From assembly GCA_963772725.1 (NCBI GenBank), contig CAVYYI010000001.1, forward strand, positions 832,001 to 896,000: a DNA stretch of 64,000 nt, in the 5' to 3' direction. Shown piece by piece: positions 11,063 through 21,951 of the stretch (position 1 is its first letter; each line of letters opens with the position of its first letter). The position numbers and the translations under genes were made by a program. This DNA is from an uncultured Phycisphaerales bacterium. GTDB lineage: Bacteria; Planctomycetota; Phycisphaerae; Sedimentisphaerales; Anaerobacaceae. A model generated the notes under the pieces. The model saw nothing but the letters and a program-made list of their open reading frames with translations. It made no database searches and was not told the origin of the DNA.

Positions 11063-11229
11063 ATAAACTCTCCTGCCCTGCCGAAAAGTTTTCCAACCCG
11101 GCAGTATGGGCAAATCCATTTACTCGCGGTTGAATTATCGGGCCGGCACGCCGCCGTCCGATACCAGCCGCAACATAACAAATATCGGTCGAATTAACCC
11201 GCAGGTTTAACTATCTCGCTTTAACCGGC

Positions 11230-13002
11230 CTAAGCCTGCCCTTCCGGACTTTCACCGCTTTGCTCTTCCTGTCCACTGGCTTTTTCAGCTTCACCCTGAC
11301 TCAATTCAGGTTGGGCGATTTCTCTCGGAAGCACTGTGTCCTGCGGCTGTTCCTCTGCTGCCCATTGCGCCCTTCTCAGGCTTAATCCTATCTTGCGAAG
11401 TTCCGGCTCTATTTTCAAAATCTTTACTTCGATTTCTTCGCCTTCCTTGACTACATCCTGCGGCTTATCAATCTTATGGTCGGCAATTTCCGAAATATGC
11501 AGCAAACCTTCCAGATCAGGTTCAAGCTCTACGAACGCGCCGAAATTGGTGATTTTTGTTACCTTGCCTTTTATTATGTGGCCTGGAATATATTTTTCAG
11601 GAATGGCGTGAATCCAAGGGTCCTCATTTAACTGTTTTATACCAAGCGACACTCTGTGTTTATCTTCGTCTACTTCCAGAACAACACATTTTACTTCCTG
11701 ACCTTTTTGCAGCGCCTCGCCGGGATGGGCGTATTTCTTTGTCCAGCTCAAATCGGAAACATGTATCATCCCATCAATGCCCTGCTCTATTTCCACAAAC
11801 GCCCCAAAATTAGTCAGACTGCGGACCTTAGCTGTTACAATCGTGCCAACTGGATATTTCTGCGATACGAGCGTCCACGGATTGGTTTCAGTTTGCTTCA
11901 GCCCTAAGGAAATTTCCTGCTTTTCCTTGTTGACATTCAAAACTATAACCTCTATCTCGTCGCCGAGGTTCAGCATCTCACCGGGATGATTAAGACGTTT
12001 TGTCCAGCTCATTTCGCTTATATGCACAAGTCCTTCAATCCCGTCTTCGAGGCGTACAAACACGCCGTAATTCATTACGTTCACAACCTTGCCTTTGACC
12101 TTGGACCCGACAGGATACCTGCTCTCAACGTTCTCCCATGGACTTTCTGTTTTCTGCTTTAACCCTAACGAAATCTTCTCGTGTTCCTTATCAACGGTAA
12201 TAACAACACATTCTATTTCCTGGTCGAGATGCACAACTTCAGATGGATGCGAGATTCTGCCCCAGCTCAGATCGGATATATGCAGCAGCCCGTCAACACC
12301 GCCCAAATCCACGAATACGCCGAAGTCGGCTATATTCTTAACAATGCCTTTGCGAATCTGACCGACCTCGATTTCCGACAAAACCTTGTCCTTGCTGCTT
12401 TGGCGTTCTTCTTCAATCAGCTTACGCCGGGATATCACAATATTGCGGCCCTCAATATCTATCTTAAGTATTTTGCACTCAACGTCCTTGCCGATGAATC
12501 TGCTTATATCGCCAGGCTTCCTGATATCAACCTGCGATGCAGGCAAAAATACTGGAACGCCGATATCGACAAGCAGGCCGCCTTTGATTCGTCTTACGAC
12601 TGTGCCTACAACCGTATCCCCCTCTTTTTTCGTTTCGATTATTTTTTCCCAGCCCCGGATGCGGTCAGCCTTGCGCTTACTAAGCGGGATAAGCCCATCA
12701 ACTGAATCTGTCTCTTCGAGAAGCACCTCTATTTCTTTGCCAGGTGCGATTTCATCCGGACTGTCGAACTCGCTGGCATCAATAACGCCCTCGCTTTTCA
12801 GGCCAATCTCAACAATAACATCATTTCCTATCTGCGATACAATTGCCCCCTTAAGAATCGTCCCAGGCAAACGTGAATCAACCTTATTGCACAAAACTTC
12901 TTCCAGGTATGCGTTTTCCTTATCGCCAAACATCTCATTGACCTGTTTCTCAAGTTCTTCTGACGACAACCCCAATTTGTTAATAATATTTTTATTTACC
13001 AT
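11230..13002 (-). CDS. rpsA: 30S ribosomal protein S1
   Basis: Six S1 repeats (FLPASQVD, DGLLHISDLSW, EGLVHISEMSW...); AGAGGA SD before ATG 13002. Confidence 0.96.
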   Translation of the reverse strand: MVNKNIINKLGLSSEELEKQVNEMFGDKENAYLEEVLCNKVDSRLPGTILKGAIVSQIGNDVIVEIGLKSEGVIDASEFDSPDEIAPGKEIEVLLEETDSVDGLIPLSKRKADRIRGWEKIIETKKEGDTVVGTVVRRIKGGLLVDIGVPVFLPASQVDIRKPGDISRFIGKDVECKILKIDIEGRNIVISRRKLIEEERQSSKDKVLSEIEVGQIRKGIVKNIADFGVFVDLGGVDGLLHISDLSWGRISHPSEVVHLDQEIECVVITVDKEHEKISLGLKQKTESPWENVESRYPVGSKVKGKVVNVMNYGVFVRLEDGIEGLVHISEMSWTKRLNHPGEMLNLGDEIEVIVLNVNKEKQEISLGLKQTETNPWTLVSQKYPVGTIVTAKVRSLTNFGAFVEIEQGIDGMIHVSDLSWTKKYAHPGEALQKGQEVKCVVLEVDEDKHRVSLGIKQLNEDPWIHAIPEKYIPGHIIKGKVTKITNFGAFVELEPDLEGLLHISEIADHKIDKPQDVVKEGEEIEVKILKIEPELRKIGLSLRRAQWAAEEQPQDTVLPREIAQPELSQGEAEKASGQEEQSGESPEGQA

Positions 13003-13138
13003 AAAATACAAAAATCCTCTGTGGAGTTTTAGTTTCGCTTTATCGGCGCCCCACATTTACGCTGAAAAAACGTTGCGCACTATACGCAATAATTGTTAAT
13101 AATTCTCAAAAACACGCCGGCCAACACAGCCGACGCAA

Positions 13139-13984
13139 CTATTTCTTACTGCTGTCAAAGGCCTCAAGATTTTGCACAAATTCGGCGATTATCCAGTCCG
13201 GGGTGGACGCCCCGGCCGTTACGCCCGCAATTTCTTTGCCAAAAAGGATACCTTTATCAAATTCGTTCCAGTTTTGCAAGTGAAACGTTTGATTATTATA
13301 ATTTTTACAAAGTTTTGCCAGGGTACACGTATTGGCGCTGGTCAGGCCGCCGAGAACAAACATTATATCCACTTTCTGGCATAATTCCACTGCCGATTTT
13401 TGCCTTTTTATCGTTTCCTTGCACAACGTATTAATTACCCGCAGTTCACTGAAATCCTGCCTCGCTATCGCCCCTATCATCATACTAAAGTATTCCGGCC
13501 CTTTTGTGGTCTGACAAACTATACCTAACCTGCTGTTTTTAGGCAACTTATGTAAATCGCCTTCATCCGCCACTACCACCACATCCTTTGCGCAGCCCAC
13601 CACCGCCTGCACCTCAGGATGGTTTTCATCGCCTACAATCACAACTTTATAGCCTTCTTTTTCGAATTCCCTGGCTATTTGCTGCACCCTTTTAACCAGT
13701 ACGCACGTCGCATCGATAATCTTTAACCCCCTATCTCTCAGCCTTTCTATCTGTGCTGGTGCCGCCCCGTGGGAACGAATAAGTACCGTTCCCGATTTTA
13801 TTTCGTCAACATCCTCAACGGTTTTCAGCCCCGTCTTTGCCAGCCGCTCCACAACATCCTTATTATGTATAATCGGGCCAAGACTATAAACATCCTTTTC
13901 CTCTTTCAGCACCTTTTCAGCAATGCTGATAGCGTTTCGCACCCCCGGACAGAATCCGCAATTTTCCGCGACTATAACTTTCAT
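13139..13984 (-). CDS. ispH: 4-hydroxy-3-methylbut-2-enyl diphosphate reductase
   Basis: GFCPGV, IIHN, RSHG, DATC, HPEV, QTT, TLC, SANT, TAGASTP. Confidence 0.96.
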   Translation of the reverse strand: MKVIVAENCGFCPGVRNAISIAEKVLKEEKDVYSLGPIIHNKDVVERLAKTGLKTVEDVDEIKSGTVLIRSHGAAPAQIERLRDRGLKIIDATCVLVKRVQQIAREFEKEGYKVVIVGDENHPEVQAVVGCAKDVVVVADEGDLHKLPKNSRLGIVCQTTKGPEYFSMMIGAIARQDFSELRVINTLCKETIKRQKSAVELCQKVDIMFVLGGLTSANTCTLAKLCKNYNNQTFHLQNWNEFDKGILFGKEIAGVTAGASTPDWIIAEFVQNLEAFDSSKK

Positions 13985-14125
13985 CAGAACCTTTTGTGAG
14001 CTTAACCTGTATTAAAAACAAGAACTTACGTTAAATAATCGTAAACTGTACCAAAATAAGGTTGAGGTAGCAAAATTTTTTTCAATTTATGAAGATTTTA
14101 TTGTAAGATACATACTTTGACGATA

Positions 14126-15371
14126 GAGACCTCTGAAAAACTATGCATTTTTTACAAAACATTAATGCAATTATCAGCGGATATGATATAATGCGTCCAT
14201 TCAATAGTCAATTTTATTGCATGGAGGCAAAGATTATGGAACGCACAAGCAATCAACCAACATTTCTCGACAGTTTAACCTCTGACCTCGGCGGTCGTCG
14301 CACTGCTCAATTTTTTCAAAAATGCGACCAGCTTATACCATGGAACGAACTTGCTGAGCCGTTAAGGGATATGTACAAGAACAACACCGACAAAGGCGGA
14401 GCATCGAATTATCCACTTGTAATGATGATAAAATGCATAATGCTGCAAAAGTGGTTTAATCTTTCCGACCCGATGCTCGAAGAGATGCTCTGTGACCGTA
14501 TATCCTTCAGACGATTTGTAGGCCTTAAGATGGAACAGGATGCACCTGATGAAACTACTTTTGTGCAGTTTCGCAAGCGTCTTAATATAAACGGCCATAT
14601 AGCTACATTATTTGATAAGACTATCGCCATCCTCAAAAGTCGCGGCGTTATACTTGAGGAAGGGACCTGTGTTGATGCCACTATAATAGAAGCGCCTCGC
14701 GGCAGAACTGGCAAAGACGGTATTTCCAGCACCAAAGACAAGGCAGCAGGTTATACGAAAAAACATGGCAGAATATATCACGGCTATAAGGGCCATATTG
14801 CTACTGACTGTAACGGCATGATTAAAGACTACCGTTTCGATACCGCCTCAACCCATGACAGCAGGTATATTGACGAACTTGTCGAGGATGAGAAGGACAG
14901 TGTCTTTGCTGATAGTGCATATATGGATAAAGACCGAAAGGCAAAACTGGAGGAACGCGGCGTGTTTTGCGGAATTATTCAAAAACGAGTTCGCGGCCAG
15001 AAGGAATTAACAGCCTCACAGAAATTGCATAACCGTCTGGTGGCGGGAATTCGGGCGGTGGTTGAACATCCGTTTGCGTGGATGAAGAATACCGGCTACG
15101 GCAGGACTCGATATCGAGGTATGAGGCGTAACGCCTTTGATTTTGGGTTACATGTAATAGCGTACAATTGGAAAAGGAGTTTTAGCCTGGTGAGTATTGC
15201 CGGATAACGGCACACGACCGTTATGAACAGATAAAAAGGTATACCAAAGGCATAAAAGAATCCTTTGGTAAGGCCAGAAAACAGTTTTTGCGGTGTATCG
15301 AAATAATTTTTCGAAGCACTTCAAGCAAAAATATAAGAGAATAATAAAATGTGAGGTTTTTCAGAGGTCTC
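14126..15371 (+). mobile_element. IS5 family element, complete
   Basis: IRs GAGACCTCTGAAAAAC / GTTTTTCAGAGGTCTC; 4-bp TSD GATA (14122-14125, 15372-15375). Confidence 0.95.
14236..15207 (+). CDS. IS5 family transposase
   Basis: LQKWFNLSDP..E, PDETT, VDATII, GYKGH, ADSAY, R..VEHPF. Confidence 0.94.
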   Translation: MERTSNQPTFLDSLTSDLGGRRTAQFFQKCDQLIPWNELAEPLRDMYKNNTDKGGASNYPLVMMIKCIMLQKWFNLSDPMLEEMLCDRISFRRFVGLKMEQDAPDETTFVQFRKRLNINGHIATLFDKTIAILKSRGVILEEGTCVDATIIEAPRGRTGKDGISSTKDKAAGYTKKHGRIYHGYKGHIATDCNGMIKDYRFDTASTHDSRYIDELVEDEKDSVFADSAYMDKDRKAKLEERGVFCGIIQKRVRGQKELTASQKLHNRLVAGIRAVVEHPFAWMKNTGYGRTRYRGMRRNAFDFGLHVIAYNWKRSFSLVSIAG

Positions 15372-15393
15372 GATATTTAAAAAAACTAATATT

Positions 15394-16998
15394 ATGAAAA
15401 CCTTGAACATAACAATTGCGGGTATTCTGCTTTTTTCGGCTGTTTGCATTGGTCAAAATGTTCGCTTGGCCAACGAGGATAAGGCTGGGCTGTACTCGCG
15501 GTCTATCGAGCAGGTTCTGCGGCTTGATGACGAGGATATCGATATTGCAACCGCCGTATTAATTGTCTCCGAGCAGTGGAACGACAATGTGCAGGGAAGA
15601 TACTATGTGTCCAAATTAGATGATATGACTGTTGAAATCCGCAACAGGCTAAAGGCAAAAAATCTTATGCCGGACTACAAGGCCATCCCGATTATAAACA
15701 AATACCTCTTCGACGAACTCGGATTCAAATCCGTTTCAGAGGCGAACAACCCCAACGATTTATTTTTACACTCAGTTCTCGATAGCAGAGAAGGATACTG
15801 CCTGAGTCTTTCGGTTCTGTATCTCTCGATTGGCGAGCGTTTAGGCATGCCTTTATACGGCGTTGTTGTGCCGGGACACTTTTTTGTCCGCTACGACGAT
15901 GGACGTACCCGTTTCAATATCGAAACCACCTGCGGTGGCGGACAGGCAGACGACGCTCACTATATAAAAAAATTCAAGGTTCCTCGCGATGACACAGACA
16001 GTATTTATATGAAAAATCTTACCAATCGCCAAACGCTCGGCTGCTTTTTCAACAACCTTGGAAACAGCTATAAAGATGTCGGCAATACCGCCTCGGCGTT
16101 AAAGGCTCTCGAAACCGCCGTGGAAATCAATCCATCCCTGCCGGAATCGCGAGCGAATCTGGGCAACATCTATCTTGATATGAGGCGCATTGATGACGCG
16201 ATTCGTTCGTATCAACTCGCTCTTAAAACCAATCCCGACGACGCCAAAACGCATAACAATCTCGGCAACGCCTACGGAAAACAGAATCGAACTGACGCGG
16301 CGATTTCCGAATATAATCGTTCGCTCGACCTCGACCCGAATTTCAACGACGTTTACATCAACCTCGCCGCGGCTTATTCTCAAAAAAAGATGTTCGATAC
16401 CGCCGTTTTTGTTCTCAAGAGGGCAATCGCACTTGAGCCTAAAAACAGCGGCTTTCACAATCAGCTCGCAAACGTTTACTGCCAAAGCGAAAAATACGAG
16501 GATGCGATAGCTGAATATCAAAATGCGCTGAACCTTAAAAAAGATTTGGCTGATGCTTATTACGGGATGGGTCTCTGCTATAACAAAACCGGGCAGAGTG
16601 AAAATGAAATTGAAGCCTATAAGAACGTCCTGGCGATTAGGCCTGATATGGCGGCTGCTCTCGGTAATCTCGGCAACGTATATTTCAAAAAACAGGAATT
16701 TGACACCGCTATCGAGCAGTATAAAAAAGCCATTCTGATTACCCCTGAGGATAACAACCTTTATTATAATCTTGGAGCGGCATATTCCAATAAAAACGAT
16801 TACGAACCTGCGGCAGCTAACTATCTAAAAGCCGTCAAAATTGACCCTAAACTCACCGATGCGCATAACGCGCTGGCCTTTGCTTTTTATAAGCTGGCTA
16901 AGTATGACCTCGCAATGAAGCACATTAAAATCGCAGAACAAACCGGCGCCAAAATCGATACCGAACTCCTCTCCGCCATTAAGAAGAACATCAAATAA
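15394..16998 (+). CDS. Secreted transglutaminase-like (SirB1-type) + TPR protein
   Basis: Signal peptide; GYCLSLSVLY..PGHFFVR; many TPR repeats. Confidence 0.88.
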   Translation: MKTLNITIAGILLFSAVCIGQNVRLANEDKAGLYSRSIEQVLRLDDEDIDIATAVLIVSEQWNDNVQGRYYVSKLDDMTVEIRNRLKAKNLMPDYKAIPIINKYLFDELGFKSVSEANNPNDLFLHSVLDSREGYCLSLSVLYLSIGERLGMPLYGVVVPGHFFVRYDDGRTRFNIETTCGGGQADDAHYIKKFKVPRDDTDSIYMKNLTNRQTLGCFFNNLGNSYKDVGNTASALKALETAVEINPSLPESRANLGNIYLDMRRIDDAIRSYQLALKTNPDDAKTHNNLGNAYGKQNRTDAAISEYNRSLDLDPNFNDVYINLAAAYSQKKMFDTAVFVLKRAIALEPKNSGFHNQLANVYCQSEKYEDAIAEYQNALNLKKDLADAYYGMGLCYNKTGQSENEIEAYKNVLAIRPDMAAALGNLGNVYFKKQEFDTAIEQYKKAILITPEDNNLYYNLGAAYSNKNDYEPAAANYLKAVKIDPKLTDAHNALAFAFYKLAKYDLAMKHIKIAEQTGAKIDTELLSAIKKNIK

Positions 16999-17127
16999 CA
17001 ATTTTTAAGCCAGTATTCTTCAATAAACTTTGATTCTTAAATTTTCAAAGCCCCCTCCCCCGAAGGGGCTGGCTTTATATTTTTGCAGTCACACTTTCGT
17101 TTTTTCTATAGCCCTGCGGTTACATAC

Positions 17128-17340
17128 TCAAGCCGTTTTAATATTGATTACAGGCTCTTTTTTGAGCCACTGGCCGTTGCAGCCTTCTTCTCTGCACCGG
17201 AACCAGATAAAAGTACTGCCGCCATTCTCTACCCTGTCAACCTCAGCCATCACGGCCCCGCACTCCGGGCAAAGATTGCTTGCCTCAGCCATTTGAAACC
17301 TCGTCTTAACCGTATCCAACTGTATATTTAAAGCTTCCAT
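17128..17340 (-). CDS. Small zinc-ribbon protein
   Basis: CPECG...C-x4-C; AGGTG SD before the ATG. Confidence 0.6.
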   Translation of the reverse strand: MEALNIQLDTVKTRFQMAEASNLCPECGAVMAEVDRVENGGSTFIWFRCREEGCNGQWLKKEPVINIKTA

Positions 17341-17571
17341 AACACACCTACTGCCTAACACATAACAACCTGTTCCTTAAACCAACGATTACAATATAAG
17401 TTAAGCCACTCAAAACCTAAATAGGCTTTTCCCCTATTTCCGCTTGCTCTTTTACCTAAACGGCCAATATCACTAAAACCAGCCAATGAATGCGCATAAA
17501 AAAAGCTGCCGAGCAAATTATTCAGCAGCCATAGAAAAAAGCCCGAGGAGGAAAGACATATTTAACGAATT

Positions 17572-18985
17572 TTAATCGAATCGCATTGACCTGACAGCGT
17601 TTTCCAGTTTGCTGCGGTCTTTCTGGAACTGTTCAATCGGCCCCCACGCCTCAATTACATAAACATAATTTTCATTTGCCGCCATAGCAGCCATATAACC
17701 GAACTGTTTGTGACCTATTTGCTTACTGCCTGTAAGCACTTTTGCGGAAGAACCATTCGCCAGTTTCAGTCCCGAGGTTTCTTTTATGTAAATAGTTTTC
17801 TGTTCGGTAAGCACACGGTTAACAAGCTTTGCCCAGAATTCCGTATTTCCGCCTTTATAATTTCGATATCTCTGGGCGGAAATTACAGAGTCGTCGGCAG
17901 ACATAGCTCGAAGAGCGCTTCTTGTTTCGTAATATCTCACATAGCCATCCGGTATATCAAATATTGGCTGATGCCAAAACAGGAACTTACTTATATAAGG
18001 AGAACCAATTGAAGAACTTGTTAAGCCTGAGCCAAGATTGTATATCCACTGAAATGGTATTGTTATAGTTACATCTTGCTGAGGCACAGGGGAATTAAAA
18101 TAAATCGTCAGGGTGCAGTAAGCGATACTGTCCTTAAGGTGTGCGATTTTTCCTTTGAGCAGTTCAATTTCCTCGGTTACACGACCAAGCTCCTTTTCAA
18201 TCTTAAGCGCATCCTCAACCTTGTCGGCCTTGTTCGAGCAGTTTTGTCAGTCTTTGCCTGATACTTTCTGCATTTTGCAGACGGATGTTAAGGTCTCGCA
18301 TTTCATCTGTAACATCGCTGCCCTTTATTTCCTTCTGTGTTACCTCGCCAAGTTTTTCAGTTTCAGCGATGAGGTCATGAAATTTCTGCGATGGAACTCT
18401 GAGAATTATTGAGCGGCTGTCCATCTTCTGCATATACCCGCCCATACTGATTGTGACCGCCTCTATTTTACTTAGTGATTTAGATATGTTATCAACAACC
18501 ATGTTCATTACAGCATTATAAATAACCAGCCTTCCTATACTGGCCGGGTCATTCTGCGGCGGTTCCATGGCTTGCCCGATTTCTTCTTTAGCCTGCTTTT
18601 CGAAACGGCGGCCTACAGCTACAACTTCACTACTAATTTCACTATTTCCACCCTCAAGCTGTAATTTTCCAGCATTCATTTGCCATACCAGATTTGATGA
18701 TGAGGAACTATCATAAGAATGCAAACTTTCAAAATTCCCTGAGGTTTCAGATTTATTAAAATACGCCAAGCCGCCAAACAACACAATCATTATCACCGCT
18801 GCCGCACAGGCGAATTTTGTTATCCTGCTTTTTATAATTATTCTTAATATGCCACGCCTAAAGACCAGTTTGGTGTGTCCGTCAAGCATCTTTCTAAAAG
18901 CAATGCGATCTGATTCCTCAGCGACAGCGGGATTAATTCCGTCCGCTTTTAAAAGACCCTCGTATAATTTTTTGTTATTATCCAT
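17572..18985 (-). CDS. Membrane-anchored DUF4349-type protein (candidate anti-sigma); frameshift near 18232
   Basis: TM helix, LRVPS..F, DVTDE..DL..RL; shifted frame KADKVEDALKIEKELGRV joins ORF 17572..18087. Confidence 0.78.
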
Positions 18986-19517
18986 TTCGCCTCTCCATTT
19001 CTTTACGAAGAGATTGCTTTGCGTAAAATATTCGTGACCTTACAGTTCCAATATTGCAGCCAACAACATCGGCTATCGATTCATAAGACATCTGCTCAAT
19101 GAAGCACAGCGTTAACACTTCTCTGTGATAAGGTTTAAGCTCGTTCATCGCCTTTTGCAGCTTTTCAGCGTCATTGGCATCGAAGACCGGCTCACCACCG
19201 CCTGATACGGGAACCTCATCTTCTTCCGGCAGACTGACAAACCTTTCTTTCCGCCTGAATCCATCATAAACCTTATTTCTCGCGATACGGTACAGCCAGA
19301 CAGCGAAAATCTGAGCGTCTTTGAGCTTATGTATCTTCTTAAAAACAGTTACCCATATATCCTGAAGAATATCATCAATGTTGACGCCCCCGCTATCCAG
19401 CCGCCTGACATAATATTTCAGCCGAGGCTGATAAATCTCAAACAGTTCCTCAAAAGCCGCCCTTTCGCCTTCCTGGCAGCGATGAACTATTTTTCCCAGT
19501 TCTTTCTCCGAATCCAT
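18978..19517 (-). CDS. ECF sigma factor
   Basis: DILQDIW, F.VWLYRIARN, SYESIA...GTVRSRI. Confidence 0.93.
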   Translation of the reverse strand: MDSEKELGKIVHRCQEGERAAFEELFEIYQPRLKYYVRRLDSGGVNIDDILQDIWVTVFKKIHKLKDAQIFAVWLYRIARNKVYDGFRRKERFVSLPEEDEVPVSGGGEPVFDANDAEKLQKAMNELKPYHREVLTLCFIEQMSYESIADVVGCNIGTVRSRIFYAKQSLRKEMERRNG

Positions 19518-19553
19518 ATATGTCCCTTGAAATCTTTCCCGTATCATAGGGTA

Positions 19554-19580
19554 AAGACGCAATTTGACCGGATTAGTTCA
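19554..19580 (-). promoter_or_regulatory. Putative ECF autoregulatory promoter
   Basis: TGAAC-N16-CGTC upstream of the ECF gene, matching the common AAC/CGT ECF pattern. Confidence 0.6.
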
Positions 19581-19726
19581 AATAAATTTTAATATTTTTA
19601 AATTTTACCGATTTTTATGCTTAAAACCATACAGAAAACTCTCTCCACCGCTCGTTTTGTTTTTCAAAACATCTCTTGCCGATTGACATAAAATGTATTA
19701 TAATTAGATTTTTTAATAAGATAAAA

Positions 19727-21178
19727 ATGGGTATTTTTAAAAAACGGAAATCTAAAATCAAAAGCCGGCACACGGATATTAAACTGACTTTTCTCGGTGC
19801 TGCGCAAAACGTGACGGGCTCGCGTTACCTTCTCGAAGCGAACGGCACAAAGATTCTTGTTGATTGCGGCCTATACCAGGAACGGCAATTCCTCGAGCGT
19901 AACTGGGAACCGTTTCCTGTCCCGCCGTCAAATTTGAACGCAGTACTGTTAACGCACGCACATCTTGACCACTGTGGTCTGCTGCCAAAACTCGTCAAAG
20001 ACGGCTTTAGCGGCAAAATCTACTGCACCGCCGCCACCGCTGAACTTGCCCGCATCATTCTGCTGGATTCAGCGAAGCTGCAGGAAGAAGATGCCGAATT
20101 CAAGCGCAAGCGTCACGAAAAGGAAGGCCGCACAGGCCAGTACCCGGAAGTGCCGCTATATACCGTTCAGGACGCGCAGAATTGTTTTCCGCTTTTTGCA
20201 CCTGTAAATTATAATGAAACTGTAGAGATTTCCGAATCTCTCTCAGCGGTTTTCCACGACGCTGGGCACGTTCTTGGCTCATCAATGATTAAAGTTACAG
20301 CCCGCATGAGCGGCAGGCAGCGAACCATACTTTTTTCCGGCGATGTCGGGCGACCCGGCCGCCCCATGCTTCGCGACCCGTCCGTTTTCGCAAACGCCGA
20401 TTACGTCCTGATCGAATCAACTTACGGTGACAGGCTTCATACAGAATCAGAAGACTCGCTCAAAATACTTACCAAGGCCATTAACGACACCAAACGCTCC
20501 GGCGGCAATATCATTGTGCCTTCTTTCGCACTAGAACGTTCGCAGGAAATTCTCTATTACCTCAACCAGCTTCTTATGCAGGACGCCATCCCGCACATTA
20601 TGGTTTTCCTCAACAGTCCGATGGCGACAAAAATTACGGAGGTCTTTAAAGAACACACTGAACTGCTTGATGATGAAATGGCTGACCTGGTCAAGCGACA
20701 TCAATCGCCGTTCAATTTTCCGGGTCTTAAAATGGTCTCCACCACTGAGGAATCCAAAGCCATTAATCACATCAAAGGAACCGTAATGGTCATAGCCGGC
20801 TCCGGAATGTGCAATGGCGGGCGCATCAAACACCATCTTGTAAATAACATCTCAAGGCCTGAATCAACCATTATCTTTGTCGGCTACCAGGCCATCGGCA
20901 CGCTGGGCAGATTAATAATCGACGGCGAAAAAACCGTCCGTATCCTCGGGCAGCAGTACGATGTTAAAGCCAACATCGTCCAGGTCAACGGTTTTTCATC
21001 GCACGCGGATAAGAATGAACTTATCAACTGGCTGAAAAATCTCAAATCGCCGCCTGGTAAAATATTTGTAGTTCACGGCGAAGAAAACTCCGCTAAAAAT
21101 TTCGCCGAGTATATCCATTCCGTTACCGGCTGGCCCGCCGAAACTCCAAATTATCAGGAAACCGTTTTTATCGACTAA
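19727..21178 (+). CDS. MBL-fold beta-CASP ribonuclease-like protein
   Basis: DCG, THAHLDH, AGHVLGS, ESTYG, SSHAD, VHGE; upstream TTGCCG-17-TATAAT. Confidence 0.92.
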   Translation: MGIFKKRKSKIKSRHTDIKLTFLGAAQNVTGSRYLLEANGTKILVDCGLYQERQFLERNWEPFPVPPSNLNAVLLTHAHLDHCGLLPKLVKDGFSGKIYCTAATAELARIILLDSAKLQEEDAEFKRKRHEKEGRTGQYPEVPLYTVQDAQNCFPLFAPVNYNETVEISESLSAVFHDAGHVLGSSMIKVTARMSGRQRTILFSGDVGRPGRPMLRDPSVFANADYVLIESTYGDRLHTESEDSLKILTKAINDTKRSGGNIIVPSFALERSQEILYYLNQLLMQDAIPHIMVFLNSPMATKITEVFKEHTELLDDEMADLVKRHQSPFNFPGLKMVSTTEESKAINHIKGTVMVIAGSGMCNGGRIKHHLVNNISRPESTIIFVGYQAIGTLGRLIIDGEKTVRILGQQYDVKANIVQVNGFSSHADKNELINWLKNLKSPPGKIFVVHGEENSAKNFAEYIHSVTGWPAETPNYQETVFID

Positions 21179-21185
21179 CGCATTT

Positions 21186-21926
21186 TTATCGCAGTTTTTC
21201 GGCCTGTGCCAGTCGTGCCGCGGCGAAATCCCAGTTCGCCAGTTTCATAAAATTATCCACCCACTGGCCGCGGTCATTAGCATATTTCAAATAATAGGCG
21301 TGCTCCCAGACATCGCATACAAGCAGCGGAATAACTCCCCAGACAGTCAAATCCTGATGCTTTTCAGCCTGCAAAACCAAAAGTTTATCGCTCATGGGTT
21401 CATAGGCAAGGATTCCCCAGCCGCTGGCTTCGACCGCCTTTGTCGCGGCGGCAAACTGCGATTTGGCCGATTCAACCGAGCCGAAACTATTTGCCATCGC
21501 TTTTGTGAGTTCATCGGGCATTTTTGAACCGCCTGGAATCATGGATTGCCAGAAAAGCGTGTGTAAAATGTGGCCGCTGCTATTAAAGGCCAAATCGCGT
21601 GAAAGAGCTTTAATGGCAATATAGTTATTGGCATCGCGGGCGGCCTGGAGTTTTTCGAGTGCGGCGTTGAGTCCGGCGACAGAAGCGGCGTGGTGTTTTG
21701 TGTAGTGAATTTCGACGGTTTTGGTGTCGTAAAACGGTTCAAGGGCATCGTACCTATACGGCAGCGTGGGCAAGACATAGCGGTGGTCTTTGAAGCCGAC
21801 CAGAGGCATTACAGTTTTAGGCGGTGTGTTAGGTTCCTGGGCAAAAAGCCTTGCGACGCCAAGAGTTGTGAACGCGCTGACGGCACCGAGTTCGATTAGT
21901 TCTCTGCGTGAAATTTCAGTTTTCAT
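21186..21926 (-). CDS. Fe/Mn superoxide dismutase with Tat signal
   Basis: SRRELI Tat motif; LPYRYDALEP, HYTKHH, DVWEHAYY. Confidence 0.93.
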   Translation of the reverse strand: MKTEISRRELIELGAVSAFTTLGVARLFAQEPNTPPKTVMPLVGFKDHRYVLPTLPYRYDALEPFYDTKTVEIHYTKHHAASVAGLNAALEKLQAARDANNYIAIKALSRDLAFNSSGHILHTLFWQSMIPGGSKMPDELTKAMANSFGSVESAKSQFAAATKAVEASGWGILAYEPMSDKLLVLQAEKHQDLTVWGVIPLLVCDVWEHAYYLKYANDRGQWVDNFMKLANWDFAAARLAQAEKLR

Positions 21927-21951
21927 AAGTTCTCCTTTCAACTTGAGTTAA

